DNA of 31,843 bases from Nitrososphaeraceae archaeon (GTDB taxonomy: Archaea; Thermoproteota; Nitrososphaeria; Nitrososphaerales; Nitrososphaeraceae), in the NCBI GenBank assembly GCA_029240435.1, contig JAREAI010000001.1, positions 1 to 31,843 on the forward strand. Reading direction: 5' to 3'. This document shows positions 1 through 10,121 of the stretch, piece by piece (position 1 is the first letter of the stretch; each line of letters starts with the position of its first letter). The position numbers and the translations under genes were made by a program. The notes below the pieces were generated by a model. That model saw nothing but the letters and a program-made list of their open reading frames with translations. It was not told where the DNA came from and made no database searches.

Positions 1-458
1 CGCCACTTTTAGTACTCATACTAACGAACATAATAGATAATTGCATCATTATATTAAATGTTTATGAAGACCATAGAATAATACTATGTTATAAATAGTG
101 TTATCAAACAGTCTTAAATATGAATTTTTTATCGTTATATGCTTAGATGAATTCACTTAATCTATCTCAGTGGCAAATTATAATAAGAAAACTCACACAA
201 TTATAATAATATCCACTACCAATATATTTATAAAATTATCTTCCTAAAAAACCCACTTTAGAAAAGGTCATATTCGTTTGATATCTGTTTTTGTAGTGAC
301 ATTGGAAAATATCTATGCTTTAAACCACTATAACACTATTGAGATCCTTTACAGTTATAATATCTTTGAAATTACAATATGGCGTTTAGAGAACATTGGC
401 AGATTGGATAAAGTTACTAGTGGCAATTTTCTTCCTATAATTGCATTCCTTCATCTTA

Positions 459-1223
459 CTATCGAAACAAATCCTTCTCTTTTCTCCTTACCAGGTTGGA
501 AATAGAGGCTTTGTCTTCTGCGTCATATATACAACCCCTTACTATGGCGACTGGGATGCGATCTGATTTACCCATTACAAGCTCGGCAGCAGATGCTATT
601 TCATCTACTGTCGCAATTTCTGTCACCTTCAATTTCTTTCCATACATATCAATAGTGCCTACATAACTCTTTATTGGTTTTATTCCTGCTATACCTACTG
701 CAACATTGGTTTGTCCCTCTCTAAATGGCCTACCAAAGGTATCTGTTATTACAACTGCTACGTTTTTTGTTGTTTGCTTTTTAATGGAATGTCTAATTTT
801 CCTTGCAGATTCATCCGCATCAATTGGTAATAAAACCACATGGTTGTCACTGTCTTCAACATTGCTCTGATCTATTCCTGCATTTGCACAGACAAAACCT
901 TGTCTGGTTTCTACTATTATTACTCCTCTATCTTCTCTTATTAGCTCTTTTGATTCGCTTAAAATCATTTCAACAATTCTCGCATCTTTGCAATTCTTTC
1001 TTGCTAACTGGATAGATTTATCGGAGGGATTGATCAAATTGAGGTCCACTATTCGTCCCTCAGATTTTGAAATAATTTTTTGTGCAATAACTATGATATC
1101 TCTGTCATATAGATTTTCATGAGCTTGACATATGGATTCTAAAATTATCAAATCTAATTTATCCTCTGGTTTTATCGCTGCAGGAATATGAATTGGAATA
1201 ATTTCTATTTTAGCATGAACCAT
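459..1223 (-). CDS. cofE: coenzyme F420-0:L-glutamate ligase
   Basis: 254 aa with CofE motifs KIISKSEG, GFVCANAGIDQSN, VVITDTFGRPFREGQ, DEIASAAELVMGK. Confidence 0.95.
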   Translation of the reverse strand: MVHAKIEIIPIHIPAAIKPEDKLDLIILESICQAHENLYDRDIIVIAQKIISKSEGRIVDLNLINPSDKSIQLARKNCKDARIVEMILSESKELIREDRGVIIVETRQGFVCANAGIDQSNVEDSDNHVVLLPIDADESARKIRHSIKKQTTKNVAVVITDTFGRPFREGQTNVAVGIAGIKPIKSYVGTIDMYGKKLKVTEIATVDEIASAAELVMGKSDRIPVAIVRGCIYDAEDKASISNLVRRKEKDLFR

Positions 1224-1259
1224 TAAAGCAAGATAAACGTTGACGATATAAAAAATTGA

Positions 1260-1919
1260 TTACCTATCATTGCGCTGTGCAATAACTGCATTTCCAAATT
1301 TCTTTTCTAATAAGTTAAGTAATAACATTAGATCACGTATCTCTATAACTGCATCTGATTTCTCCTTAACCGTATCTACAGGACAGAATCCTATTGTGAA
1401 TGCCGCTAGTGAAAACAGCTTCAAATCATTTGCACCATCTACTACCACTACAGTATCTTCCTTTTTAAAACCCCATTCCTTTATTGTTGGTATCACTACA
1501 GCTGCCTTATCTGATGTGACGTGAACATTTATACCATCTATCTTACCGTTCCTGAATATCAACTCATTTGAAAATATTTTATCTAGCCCAAGTTCGTCTT
1601 TTAGTCTATCAGTTATTATGGTGAAACCTCCAGAGACAGCAATCATTTTCCAGCCAGCCTTTTTTAGAGATGAACAAAGCTCTTTGGCGCCGGGCATTAT
1701 TTCTAAATTTTCGCCTATTCTTTTAGCGTCCTCAAAAGCAATTCCCTTTAGTGCATTGACACGTTGAACAAGACCTTCTTCCCATTTGATCTCTCCACGA
1801 ATACCTTGTTTTGTAATATCCCATATTTGCTTCTCCTTCTCCGGACCCATCATTTGTGCTAAAACTGGAAGATATTCAGCGTTGAGCAGAACACCTTCCA
1901 CATCAAAAATGATTAGCAT
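1260..1919 (-). CDS. serB: phosphoserine phosphatase (HAD family)
   Basis: HAD motif I FDVEGVL, VSGGF, DGANDL; 219 aa. Confidence 0.88.
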   Translation of the reverse strand: MLIIFDVEGVLLNAEYLPVLAQMMGPEKEKQIWDITKQGIRGEIKWEEGLVQRVNALKGIAFEDAKRIGENLEIMPGAKELCSSLKKAGWKMIAVSGGFTIITDRLKDELGLDKIFSNELIFRNGKIDGINVHVTSDKAAVVIPTIKEWGFKKEDTVVVVDGANDLKLFSLAAFTIGFCPVDTVKEKSDAVIEIRDLMLLLNLLEKKFGNAVIAQRNDR

Positions 1920-2472
1920 TGTAGTGTGATTATATAAGCCTCTCCAACCAACATATATTAAGGTTCTCCAATTTATCGATAAAATAAAAATAAAAAATTA
2001 ATTGATATTTTTTAAATATTTTAATTATGAAAAGTCACTAGTCGGTATATCATTTCATAAAATGATGATTTATAGAAAAAACAGCGACACATTTTATCAA
2101 TATTGATTTTTTTTCGTGTAATTGACGCCATGACAAAATCAATAAAAAGCTTTCATTTTGATCTCAACAGAGCTTAATGAGTATGAGTATCAAGGTCACC
2201 TAAGAATGTTAGACGGTTACTAGATTAAACGATATTATAGGTGGTTAATATTAAATTGCTTATTATCTTATTAGTTTCTTTGAAATGGACTGAAATAATC
2301 GCTCATAAAGAGCAACTGGTTTTGATTTTTCAAATGACATTTGGATAGTCAAAGATTTGCCGAGACTTATCCTTTTTTGTGTGTGATCTCTCTAATATAA
2401 CTAAATATTCAAAATGCTTCAAAATTAAGGTATTGATGAAACTACGAATGACAATATAAAATTCTCATTCTA

Positions 2473-2546
2473 AGAGAGTTCGCTGAAACAACCTGGGAAC
2501 CCTGAAAGGAAAGCATCTCCCCGTCCTATGATCTGTCGCCGCCTCT
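2473..2546 (-). ncRNA. candidate structured non-coding RNA (unassigned)
   Basis: 74-nt island with 40/74 G+C in AT-rich intergenic DNA; ends pair (AGAG/CUCU) and inner stems GACAG/UUGUU, GGGGA/UUCCC, CCU-uuc-AGG form on the minus strand with G-U pairs. Confidence 0.3.
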
Positions 2547-2640
2547 GTAATTAAGCAAATTTCTAAAAATCTTGGAAGGATGCAAAACAGATTTAGTCAT
2601 CAGGAAGGATCTTATATGACTATTGCATTCTTTTATTATC

Positions 2641-2928
2641 ATGAGTGAGAGCTTCGAAACTAAATATTTAGTACCTGTTAAAGTGGTTGAAAAATCCATT
2701 AAATTAACTGACGAAGCGAAAACAGAATTGCAAAGTATTGGTATGATGGATGACAAAGGTAAACTCAAGCTGAAGGGGGTTAGTCCTAAAATGCTTAAAC
2801 GTATGAAGTTAGAAGCTGTAGATTGCCCTGTCCTAAAAACAGAAGTAGGATTTATCCAATGTTACGTGTGTAAGAACTTCCATAGTAGAGTTTCAGGGAA
2901 GGTGTACTGCAAAGGAGAACCACTATAA
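2641..2928 (+). CDS. small hypothetical protein with C-terminal Cys cluster (possible metal binding), directly upstream of proS
   Basis: ORF 2623-2928, ATG at 2641 (MSESFETKY) preferred; motif DCP...CYVC...YC. Confidence 0.75.
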   Translation: MSESFETKYLVPVKVVEKSIKLTDEAKTELQSIGMMDDKGKLKLKGVSPKMLKRMKLEAVDCPVLKTEVGFIQCYVCKNFHSRVSGKVYCKGEPL

Positions 2929-2968
2929 AATCACCAAAACTTCATAAAGCCAATCCTTCTGCGTGTGA

Positions 2969-4426
2969 ATGTTGAATTCTGTGAAGGAGACTGGAATCAC
3001 AGTTAAAAAAAATGAAAATTTTAGTGAATGGTATTCGCAAGTAGTGCTAAAAACCGGTCTTGCGGACTATGCTCCTGTAAAAGGATTCATAGCTCTTCCT
3101 CCATATGGTTATGCTATCTGGGAATCTATTAGAGATATATTAGACAGTAAGTTCAAGGAAACAGGACATCAGAATGGCTTTTTGCCTGTGTTAATTCCAG
3201 AGAGTCTTCTTATAAGAGAAGAAGATCACTTTGCAGGATTTACGCCAGAAGTATTTTGGGTAACGAAAGCCGGAGATAATAGCCTGTCAGAGAAGCTTGC
3301 TTTACGCCCTACTTCAGAAACTCTTGCATACTCAATATTTGCTAAGTGGGTGACAAGCTACAGAGATCTACCATTAAAAATCAATTATTGGAATACTGCA
3401 TTACGTGCAGAAATAAAAGGAACAAAACCTTTCGTGAGGACTTCAGAGTTTCTCTGGCAGGAAGGACATACAGTCCATGCTAGTCGCAAAGAAGCAGAAG
3501 ATGAAGTTATGACAATTTTGGCTATTTACAACGAATTGATTCAAAATCATTTAGCGATTCCAACTCTAACTGGATTGAAAAGTGATAAAGAAAAGTTTGT
3601 TGGTGCAGAATATACTGCCACATTGGAAGCAATGATGTCTGATGGGAAGGCATTACAGATGGGTACTTCTCATTATTTAGGACAAAGGTTTTCCAAACCT
3701 TTTGAAATAAAATATCTTGGAAAGGACACACAAGATCATTTTGCTTGGCAGACATCTTGGGGAGCATCTTGGCGGCTAATTGGAGCATTGATAATGGTTC
3801 ACGGCGATGACAAAGGCCTTATTATTCCTCCTAAGGTTGCACCTGTTCAAGTGATCATAATTCCAATATACAAAGATAAAGATGAAGAGATGGTAAAATC
3901 ATCCGCCGATAAGCTACATATTGAATTAAAAAAATCAGGAATCCGAGCTCATGTTGATAAAAGGGATGAGTATACTTCTGGATGGAAATTCAATGAATGG
4001 GAAATGAAAGGTGTACCTCTCCGAATAAATATAGGACCGAGAGATATTGAAAAACGTCAAGTAGAGCTTGTTAGACGGGATATGAAGAATAAAATCCTTG
4101 TAGAGCGGGGCCAACTAACTGAACACGTGACCTCTCTGTTAAATCAAATTCAAAGCAATCTGCTAAATAGAGCCAAGAAACTTCTCGAAGATAATATTAC
4201 TAAAGCCACAAATTATGATACATTAAAATTGACTGTTCAGAATAAAGGTGGGTTTGTCTTAGCTGGATGGTGCGCGAGTAGACAATGTGAAGATAAAATA
4301 AAAGAAGAGACAGGAGCAGATATTCGGGTTATTCCATTTGAAGGACAGGAAGAATCTAATTCAACGATTTGTATATATTGTCATCAGCCAGCAAAGAAAA
4401 TTGCAGTCTTTGCTAGAGCTTACTAA
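2969..4426 (+). CDS. proS: proline--tRNA ligase, archaeal/eukaryotic type
   Basis: LRPTSET, RTSEFLWQEGHT, QTSWGASWRLIG, C-terminal Zn-binding Cys residues, ends FARAY. Confidence 0.98.
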   Translation: MLNSVKETGITVKKNENFSEWYSQVVLKTGLADYAPVKGFIALPPYGYAIWESIRDILDSKFKETGHQNGFLPVLIPESLLIREEDHFAGFTPEVFWVTKAGDNSLSEKLALRPTSETLAYSIFAKWVTSYRDLPLKINYWNTALRAEIKGTKPFVRTSEFLWQEGHTVHASRKEAEDEVMTILAIYNELIQNHLAIPTLTGLKSDKEKFVGAEYTATLEAMMSDGKALQMGTSHYLGQRFSKPFEIKYLGKDTQDHFAWQTSWGASWRLIGALIMVHGDDKGLIIPPKVAPVQVIIIPIYKDKDEEMVKSSADKLHIELKKSGIRAHVDKRDEYTSGWKFNEWEMKGVPLRINIGPRDIEKRQVELVRRDMKNKILVERGQLTEHVTSLLNQIQSNLLNRAKKLLEDNITKATNYDTLKLTVQNKGGFVLAGWCASRQCEDKIKEETGADIRVIPFEGQEESNSTICIYCHQPAKKIAVFARAY

Positions 4427-5467
4427 TGTGACAAATTTAATAATGACTCTCTGGTTGCTTTGCGATTTCTTTATGTTCATCCTACCGTAGAAAAGTACTA
4501 TTGAAATTTATTTTCACATTGATGCTTGGATAATAGAGTATAAACCATTCCCATTATACATACGTCAGAATTTGCAGTATAAAACAATCAGATTATAGAA
4601 TCCTTCTACCGAAAACAGAAGGGGGATATATCTGATGTTCATATAAACTTGATTTTTGTAGTTGTCAAATAATATATCCTTATGTCATTTTTGAGTTTTT
4701 AATATACTAAATTTGTTTAACATTAACCAGGAGATGGACATATTGATAATGTCATGAAGCTTGTTTGTGCTGTGTCTATAAATCCAAAGGTTTCTTTTTT
4801 GCTTGTCATTGTCAAAACAATTATCACAAGTTATTTCACTTGAGTCTTAAAACTCCCATTAAATGGAGTTATAATGGTGATTTTGTACTTAAAAATGTAT
4901 GAAACTACAAGTTTAAGAAGACAATTATTATCCTCGGCTCATTAGATTCAACGGTCTAACACACTTAAGAAGCAACATTTACTACTATCCAAACAACGAT
5001 AACAATTTTAGAACAGCATTTTGAAATTATTTTTATGTATGTTATTTGAGGACACCTAAACTTTTTGTTTTACGTTATTATGATAAATACGCTAGAAAGA
5101 GAAACTTTATGTATTATTACGCTGATACTTGACATTCTAAACTTGACGAAGCTGCTGCAGTCCGAACAAATTGCTTTCGATAGTAATTATAAACATATAT
5201 ATCCATTATGGCCAATTTGAAAAAAGTGTATCACTATAGAGAGATATTGGAGAAATAGAAAGATAATACTTTTTTACTGTTTTTTATATGACGATAAACC
5301 AAGACAACGATACATAACTCATAAATAAACCAAAATAACTATGCAGGTCATGTCAAGCTTGTCCTACACAAATTCATATATGCTCTTAGATTGCGTTAAC
5401 TCAGATACAATTATCAGTCTATTGACTAACTCCTAGATATAACGACGTATCTATCGAGGTAGTTTAA

Positions 5468-6106
5468 TTGGTTAATATCGACGAAATCTTTGCATTCTAT
5501 GATGACTTTGGATACTTAGGCATACTACTAATAAGTTTTGTTGGAAGCATTATAGTTTTCATTCCCATACCATATTTTCCTGTACTTGTCACCGCAGCTT
5601 TTAACAAACAATTAGATCCTCATATTTTAGCTCTTTCTAGTGCAATCGGAGCGGTCATAGCAAAAATGATAATATTTTACGTGAGTTATTATGGCCGAAA
5701 CATCCTGAGCACTACGACAAAGAGAAGAATACTTCCTCTTCAAAGGCTGCTCAGAAAGTATGGTTGGCCAGGAGCCTTTGCAGCCGCCCTTACTCCTATA
5801 CCGGATGATCTAATCTATATTCCTCTTGGACTTGCAAAGTATAATCCTTGGAAATTCGCAATTGCAACCTTCCTTGGAAAATTTGTTCTGAATGAAATAA
5901 TTGTATTAGGGGCGGTTTTTTTAGGAAGACCGTTCATTGAAAACCTTGGTTCAGAATCTACCGATCCTGGATATTTGCTTGCTGGAGCTGTTGCAAGTGC
6001 TATAGTGCTGGGAATAATGATATACCTTTATGTAAAAATTGATTGGGCAAAGATAATTGGAAAATGGTTTCCTTGGACACTTGAAGATGATCCTAACGAA
6101 AAATAA
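5468..6106 (+). CDS. DedA/VTT (SNARE-associated Golgi) family membrane protein
   Basis: Hydrophobic 212 aa; FIPIPY, GAVIAKMIIFYVSYYG, ALTPIPDDLIYIPLGLAKY. Confidence 0.85.
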   Translation: MVNIDEIFAFYDDFGYLGILLISFVGSIIVFIPIPYFPVLVTAAFNKQLDPHILALSSAIGAVIAKMIIFYVSYYGRNILSTTTKRRILPLQRLLRKYGWPGAFAAALTPIPDDLIYIPLGLAKYNPWKFAIATFLGKFVLNEIIVLGAVFLGRPFIENLGSESTDPGYLLAGAVASAIVLGIMIYLYVKIDWAKIIGKWFPWTLEDDPNEK

Positions 6107-6547
6107 TCAGCATTCCGTGATACTCGATCTACATTCGTAATTTATTCTCAAATAAAGTAATCTATGGGTTTATATATAATCAGAAAGTTTGGAATCCAAC
6201 ACACAAACTGCTCTGGTCGTCCTACTGTGAATCTTATCATTTTACTTTATTATCTTCTATTAAATGCATATAAAATGTTGAATCAAACACCAGTATTTGT
6301 CACTAATTTAGCAGATTGCTTTGTGTATCGTGTTACTTGTAGGGAGACTATTAGCTTCATTAGATTGATTGAGTAAATAGATGAGAATCAATGATATAAT
6401 GAAATCTAAATTGCTCAATTATCTGTATTAGATTAGAACAAATATTGATTTAGCATCTATTAAATGATTGTATATATTAGACATCAGCTCTAAGCCTTTT
6501 AACAACACTACTTAAAAGTATTTTTTATTTTTGTTTTGTATCTCGTA

Positions 6548-8308
6548 ATGGATAAAGCCATTCACTTTAACAGTAAAATTTCAATTCTTCTAACTTTGAT
6601 ATTGATAGCTTTGTCGACTGTCGTTGCTATCGCTATATATGGAGAGGCTAATAGTATGCCTGGCGTTAAAATTACCTCTCATTACCAAGATCAACAAGTT
6701 CCAATCGGTGAACTTAATGTTTCAGGAATTTCGACGGATAATGCGACCACCGCTTGTCAGGTTTATTTGGATTGGAATGATTTAAAACCATTTCAAGCTG
6801 CTACAGCAACAGGTCCAGGAGGAGTAAATGATTATTCTACCTGGTCTTTTCTATACTCCAAAGATTATCATATGATAAAAGAGGGAAATAATGAACTTAC
6901 TGCAAAACTATCATGTGGAGACATTCCAGTTTCTACAAAATATTATTCTCTAAATGTTACTGGAATAACTGCAGACACAGAAGATCCATTATCGTATGCG
7001 AGCGGTGATTCTGTAGACCCTAAAAAGGTGGCTGCAGATCGAAATAATGACTCGTTACAAGTTGAACCAAAAAATCCTCCTATTTCTATATTGTCAGATT
7101 ATCTTGACTCAAGTATCGAGCCAGCGATCTCAAGTGCAGGGTCAGAGCAAGCAAATGCAAACAATACCAAATCATATCTCCTTCCTGCTCCTTCGTTTGT
7201 TGAAAATAGTGAGTCGAACTTTGGCAATGCAACCTCGCTTGAAGGAAGAGGACAACTAAAATTAATTCCGCCCGTAGCTAACGCCGGCAGCGATTTGATA
7301 GTTAATGAAGGTTCAAGTATTAGTCTTAATGCCTCTGAAAGTAACGATCCTGATGGTATTATCTTATCTTATATTTGGAAACAAAATCCTCATCCACTGA
7401 TAACTCTAGGAGACGCAGAAACAAAAATTTGGACATTTACCGTTCCGAGTGTATCTTCTGACACTACGTTTACGTTCGAATTGACAGTCAGTGATAATAA
7501 CGGTTTAACAGCGACTGACTCTACAAATGTTCTAGTGAGAGATGTATCTACTAGCAATCCTTCTTTCTCATCCAATAATAATGCCCCAATTGCTAATGCG
7601 GGCCCAGATTTAGAAGTAAATGAAAGTATGTCTCTAACCCTTTCAGGTAGCGCCAGTAGTGATCCAGATATTGGCGACAGCTTAAATTATTCGTGGAAAC
7701 AGACTGCAGGCAATCCAGTGTTAGATACATCAGCGGGAGCCGATAAAGAGGTATTGACATTTACTTCTCCCGTTGTGTCTGCGGATACCATCTTTACATT
7801 TGAATTGATAGTTACAGACAGGCATGGTATTATGGATACAGATGTAATGAATGTGCTTGTCAGAGATATACCTTCTTCGTCTGCCTCGAACAACACAATT
7901 ACCTCTCCCTCCAATAGTGAAAATCAAGCTTCAAAAATGATGGTACAAATAGAAGTGGCTGAGGATCCAATCAGCCTCGGAGATGAGCAGACTGTAACAG
8001 TTACCGTAAATGATGCAATATCAGATGAAACAATACAATACGCTGATATTGATGGTATGGTGACATATCCTTCTGGCGACACGAAGGAATTTGATGATGA
8101 TGATGATGGGATTGTTTCATATGCTTGGGAACTTGATGAAGATTCTGACCCCGGCACATTTGCCGTTGCTGTTAATGCATCTGCAGCCGGTTATGAAGAA
8201 ATATCCGAATCAATAAATTTTGAAGCAGTAGGAGGAGAAGAAGAAGAAGGAGAAGGAGAAGGAGAAGGAGAAGACAAGCAAAATAATGAGGAAGGGGAAG
8301 ATGATTAA
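6548..8308 (+). CDS. secreted/surface protein with two PKD/REJ-like Ig-fold repeats and acidic tail
   Basis: N-terminal hydrophobic signal/anchor (ISILLTLILIALSTVVAIAIY); two ~93-aa repeats starting PPVANAGSD and APIANAGPD with SxDPD, YxWKQ, FTFELxVxD; E/G/D-rich C-terminus. ATG 6548 chosen over the ORF-track start at 6536. Confidence 0.85.
   Translation: MDKAIHFNSKISILLTLILIALSTVVAIAIYGEANSMPGVKITSHYQDQQVPIGELNVSGISTDNATTACQVYLDWNDLKPFQAATATGPGGVNDYSTWSFLYSKDYHMIKEGNNELTAKLSCGDIPVSTKYYSLNVTGITADTEDPLSYASGDSVDPKKVAADRNNDSLQVEPKNPPISILSDYLDSSIEPAISSAGSEQANANNTKSYLLPAPSFVENSESNFGNATSLEGRGQLKLIPPVANAGSDLIVNEGSSISLNASESNDPDGIILSYIWKQNPHPLITLGDAETKIWTFTVPSVSSDTTFTFELTVSDNNGLTATDSTNVLVRDVSTSNPSFSSNNNAPIANAGPDLEVNESMSLTLSGSASSDPDIGDSLNYSWKQTAGNPVLDTSAGADKEVLTFTSPVVSADTIFTFELIVTDRHGIMDTDVMNVLVRDIPSSSASNNTITSPSNSENQASKMMVQIEVAEDPISLGDEQTVTVTVNDAISDETIQYADIDGMVTYPSGDTKEFDDDDDGIVSYAWELDEDSDPGTFAVAVNASAAGYEEISESINFEAVGGEEEEGEGEGEGEDKQNNEEGEDD
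7268..7867 (+). repeat. two intragenic PKD-like domain repeats (about 7268-7543 and 7583-7867)
   Basis: Direct alignment of the translated repeats: ANAG.D..VNE...L.....S.DPD...Y.WKQ...TFT.P.VS.DT.FTFEL.V.D..G...D..NVLVRD. Confidence 0.85.
8246..8269 (+). repeat. (GAAGGA)4 coding microsatellite (Glu-Gly repeat)
   Basis: gaaggagaaggagaaggagaagga following a GAA run in the acidic tail. Confidence 0.9.
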
Positions 8309-8567
8309 TAGAAGCACCTTCGTTATTTTGAATATATTATAGACAAAAATTATTGATAGTATGATGACAGATAGGCATATCCCCTATCAAAATATTTGTC
8401 ATATGGTTTGTATTATTCCTATATGGGGAGAATAGTTAAGATAAATGAATATCTCTATTTAGTATAGAAAAGGCTCAATGAATGAAAAAACACTCTCTCA
8501 TATTCTCTTTATCTGAGTTTATTGATTTAACATAGAATTTTTTCCGTTTCTTATTATCAATTAAGTT

Positions 8568-8843
8568 CTAGCTAATAGGATTTCTTGAATATCTAAATTT
8601 TAGAAAAAGAAGTACAACATTTAATGACACTCCTACTGTATTTCCTCCAACGATCACAACATCATTTATACCTAATCCGTATATTACCCATAATGACAGC
8701 CCAACGATTAAGGACAATATCAGCCAGACAGACACATCGTCCATTTTCTTAGTTTTGACGCCCTTGATTATTTGCGGTACTGTACTCGAAAGGGCAAATA
8801 TGCTAGCCAATATTCCTATTGCAGATATTAAAAAATCAAACAT
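8568..8843 (-). CDS. SemiSWEET / PQ-loop (MtN3) family transporter
   Basis: 91 aa, three hydrophobic helices, VPQIIKGVKTKKMDDVS, LWVIYG, GN. Confidence 0.88.
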   Translation of the reverse strand: MFDFLISAIGILASIFALSSTVPQIIKGVKTKKMDDVSVWLILSLIVGLSLWVIYGLGINDVVIVGGNTVGVSLNVVLLFLKFRYSRNPIS

Positions 8844-8990
8844 AAATGTGTAAATTACTTATAGGTGCATTTGATTGTTTATAGATATATTTTAAATGAC
8901 GTATCGGCTAATTGTTACATTGTATGAATAGATCGCTTACTCTATTACCGATCGAAAACCAAATATTTGCTATTCAAAGTTGACGTATCT

Positions 8991-9653
8991 ATGTCATATG
9001 ACAATTGCAAAGATGATGATTCGTTGAATATTCCAAATCAGGAGTTCTATTACAGACATACTGAACTTGTTGCAAAAGAGTTAGTTGGAAAAAAACTTGT
9101 TCGTATTATTCGTGAATCAAAGGATAAAATATACAGATTGTCAGGCTTAATAGTTGAAACAGAAGCATATGGTTTCGATGAAGATCCGGCAAGTCATGCC
9201 TATAGAGGAGTTACTCCTAGAAATACGCCAATGTTTGGAGAAGCTGGTCATGCTTATGTTTATTTCACTTATGGCAATTATTATTGTGTAAACGTATCTG
9301 CAAGATCTTCTGAAGTTAAAGCGGGTGCAGTTCTTATTAGGGCGTTACAACCATTGGAAGGTATCAATATTATGAAGATCTTGCGTAATACTGATGACGA
9401 ATTGTCATTGTCTTCAGGACCAGGAAAACTTACGCAAGCACTAAGGATTGACAAATCTCTAAATGGACAAGACATGACAAATGCAAGAACTCAACTTCAT
9501 ATAGAATATGGAATAAATCCTCAAAGAATAATTTCTTCTTCGAGAATAGGCATAAGAGAAGCTAGAGAGAAAAAATGGCGATTCATTTTAGCACGCAAGG
9601 ATGATAATGGTGATCTAGTTAGCAGATATGTATCTAGAAAGAAGATAGACTAA
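8991..9653 (+). CDS. mpg: DNA-3-methyladenine glycosylase (AAG/Mpg family)
   Basis: IVETEAY, DPASHAY, MFGEAGHAYVYFTYG, GAVLIRA, GPGKLTQAL, RIGI; start uncertain (TTG 8967 or ATG 8991). Confidence 0.93.
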   Translation: MSYDNCKDDDSLNIPNQEFYYRHTELVAKELVGKKLVRIIRESKDKIYRLSGLIVETEAYGFDEDPASHAYRGVTPRNTPMFGEAGHAYVYFTYGNYYCVNVSARSSEVKAGAVLIRALQPLEGINIMKILRNTDDELSLSSGPGKLTQALRIDKSLNGQDMTNARTQLHIEYGINPQRIISSSRIGIREAREKKWRFILARKDDNGDLVSRYVSRKKID

Positions 9654-9865
9654 TAATAACAATAGGCAGTACAATAAAATTTCTTTAATATGACCTTAAT
9701 GGACAAATGTTTATAGTTTAACCCAAACTATTTCTAGCTATCAGTCACATACTTTAAAAATAAAAAGTTGGTAATACTATCTATAACGAATTAGTATTAG
9801 TTCATGATAAGATTATTTTTAATTTATTTGGATGATAAATCATCTAATCAATTGTTATTATCGTT

Positions 9866-9897
9866 GTATATGTATGTATATGTATGTATATATACAT
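9866..9897. repeat. low-complexity (GTATATGTAT)n repeat ending in a 14-bp palindrome
   Basis: gtatatgtat x2 plus gtatat; palindrome ATGTATATATACAT at 9884-9897. Confidence 0.8.
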
Positions 9898-10121
9898 ATT
9901 ATATTTATAACTCTATAAAAAAGTATTGCACCCGGTATAGTCGAAAAAATTCATAGTCGATCGATATGACTAAACGATAATATATCAACTTAAGGTCAAG
10001 TGATAATCATTTTCTATTCAGAAACATCTAAAAATTACACTTCATTACGCTGAAACCATATCATGATCTCTAATTGTATTATTCCACTACAGATAAATTT
10101 ACGAGTAGTGATGAGGTGTAT

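Noticed and set aside
2433-2550. C/D-box sRNA (TGATGA...CTGA) or cobalamin riboswitch (GGGAA...CTGTCGCCGCCTCTGTAA) assignments
   Set aside because: No recognisable D'/C' boxes for the first; spacing and the central stem do not fit the second. Left as an unassigned RNA candidate.
4427-5467. 1-kb AT-rich spacer with short protein-like words (LDEAAAV, ICSDC, IYRHS)
   Set aside because: Fragments are too short and inconsistent to assign to a family by eye; BLASTx would be needed.
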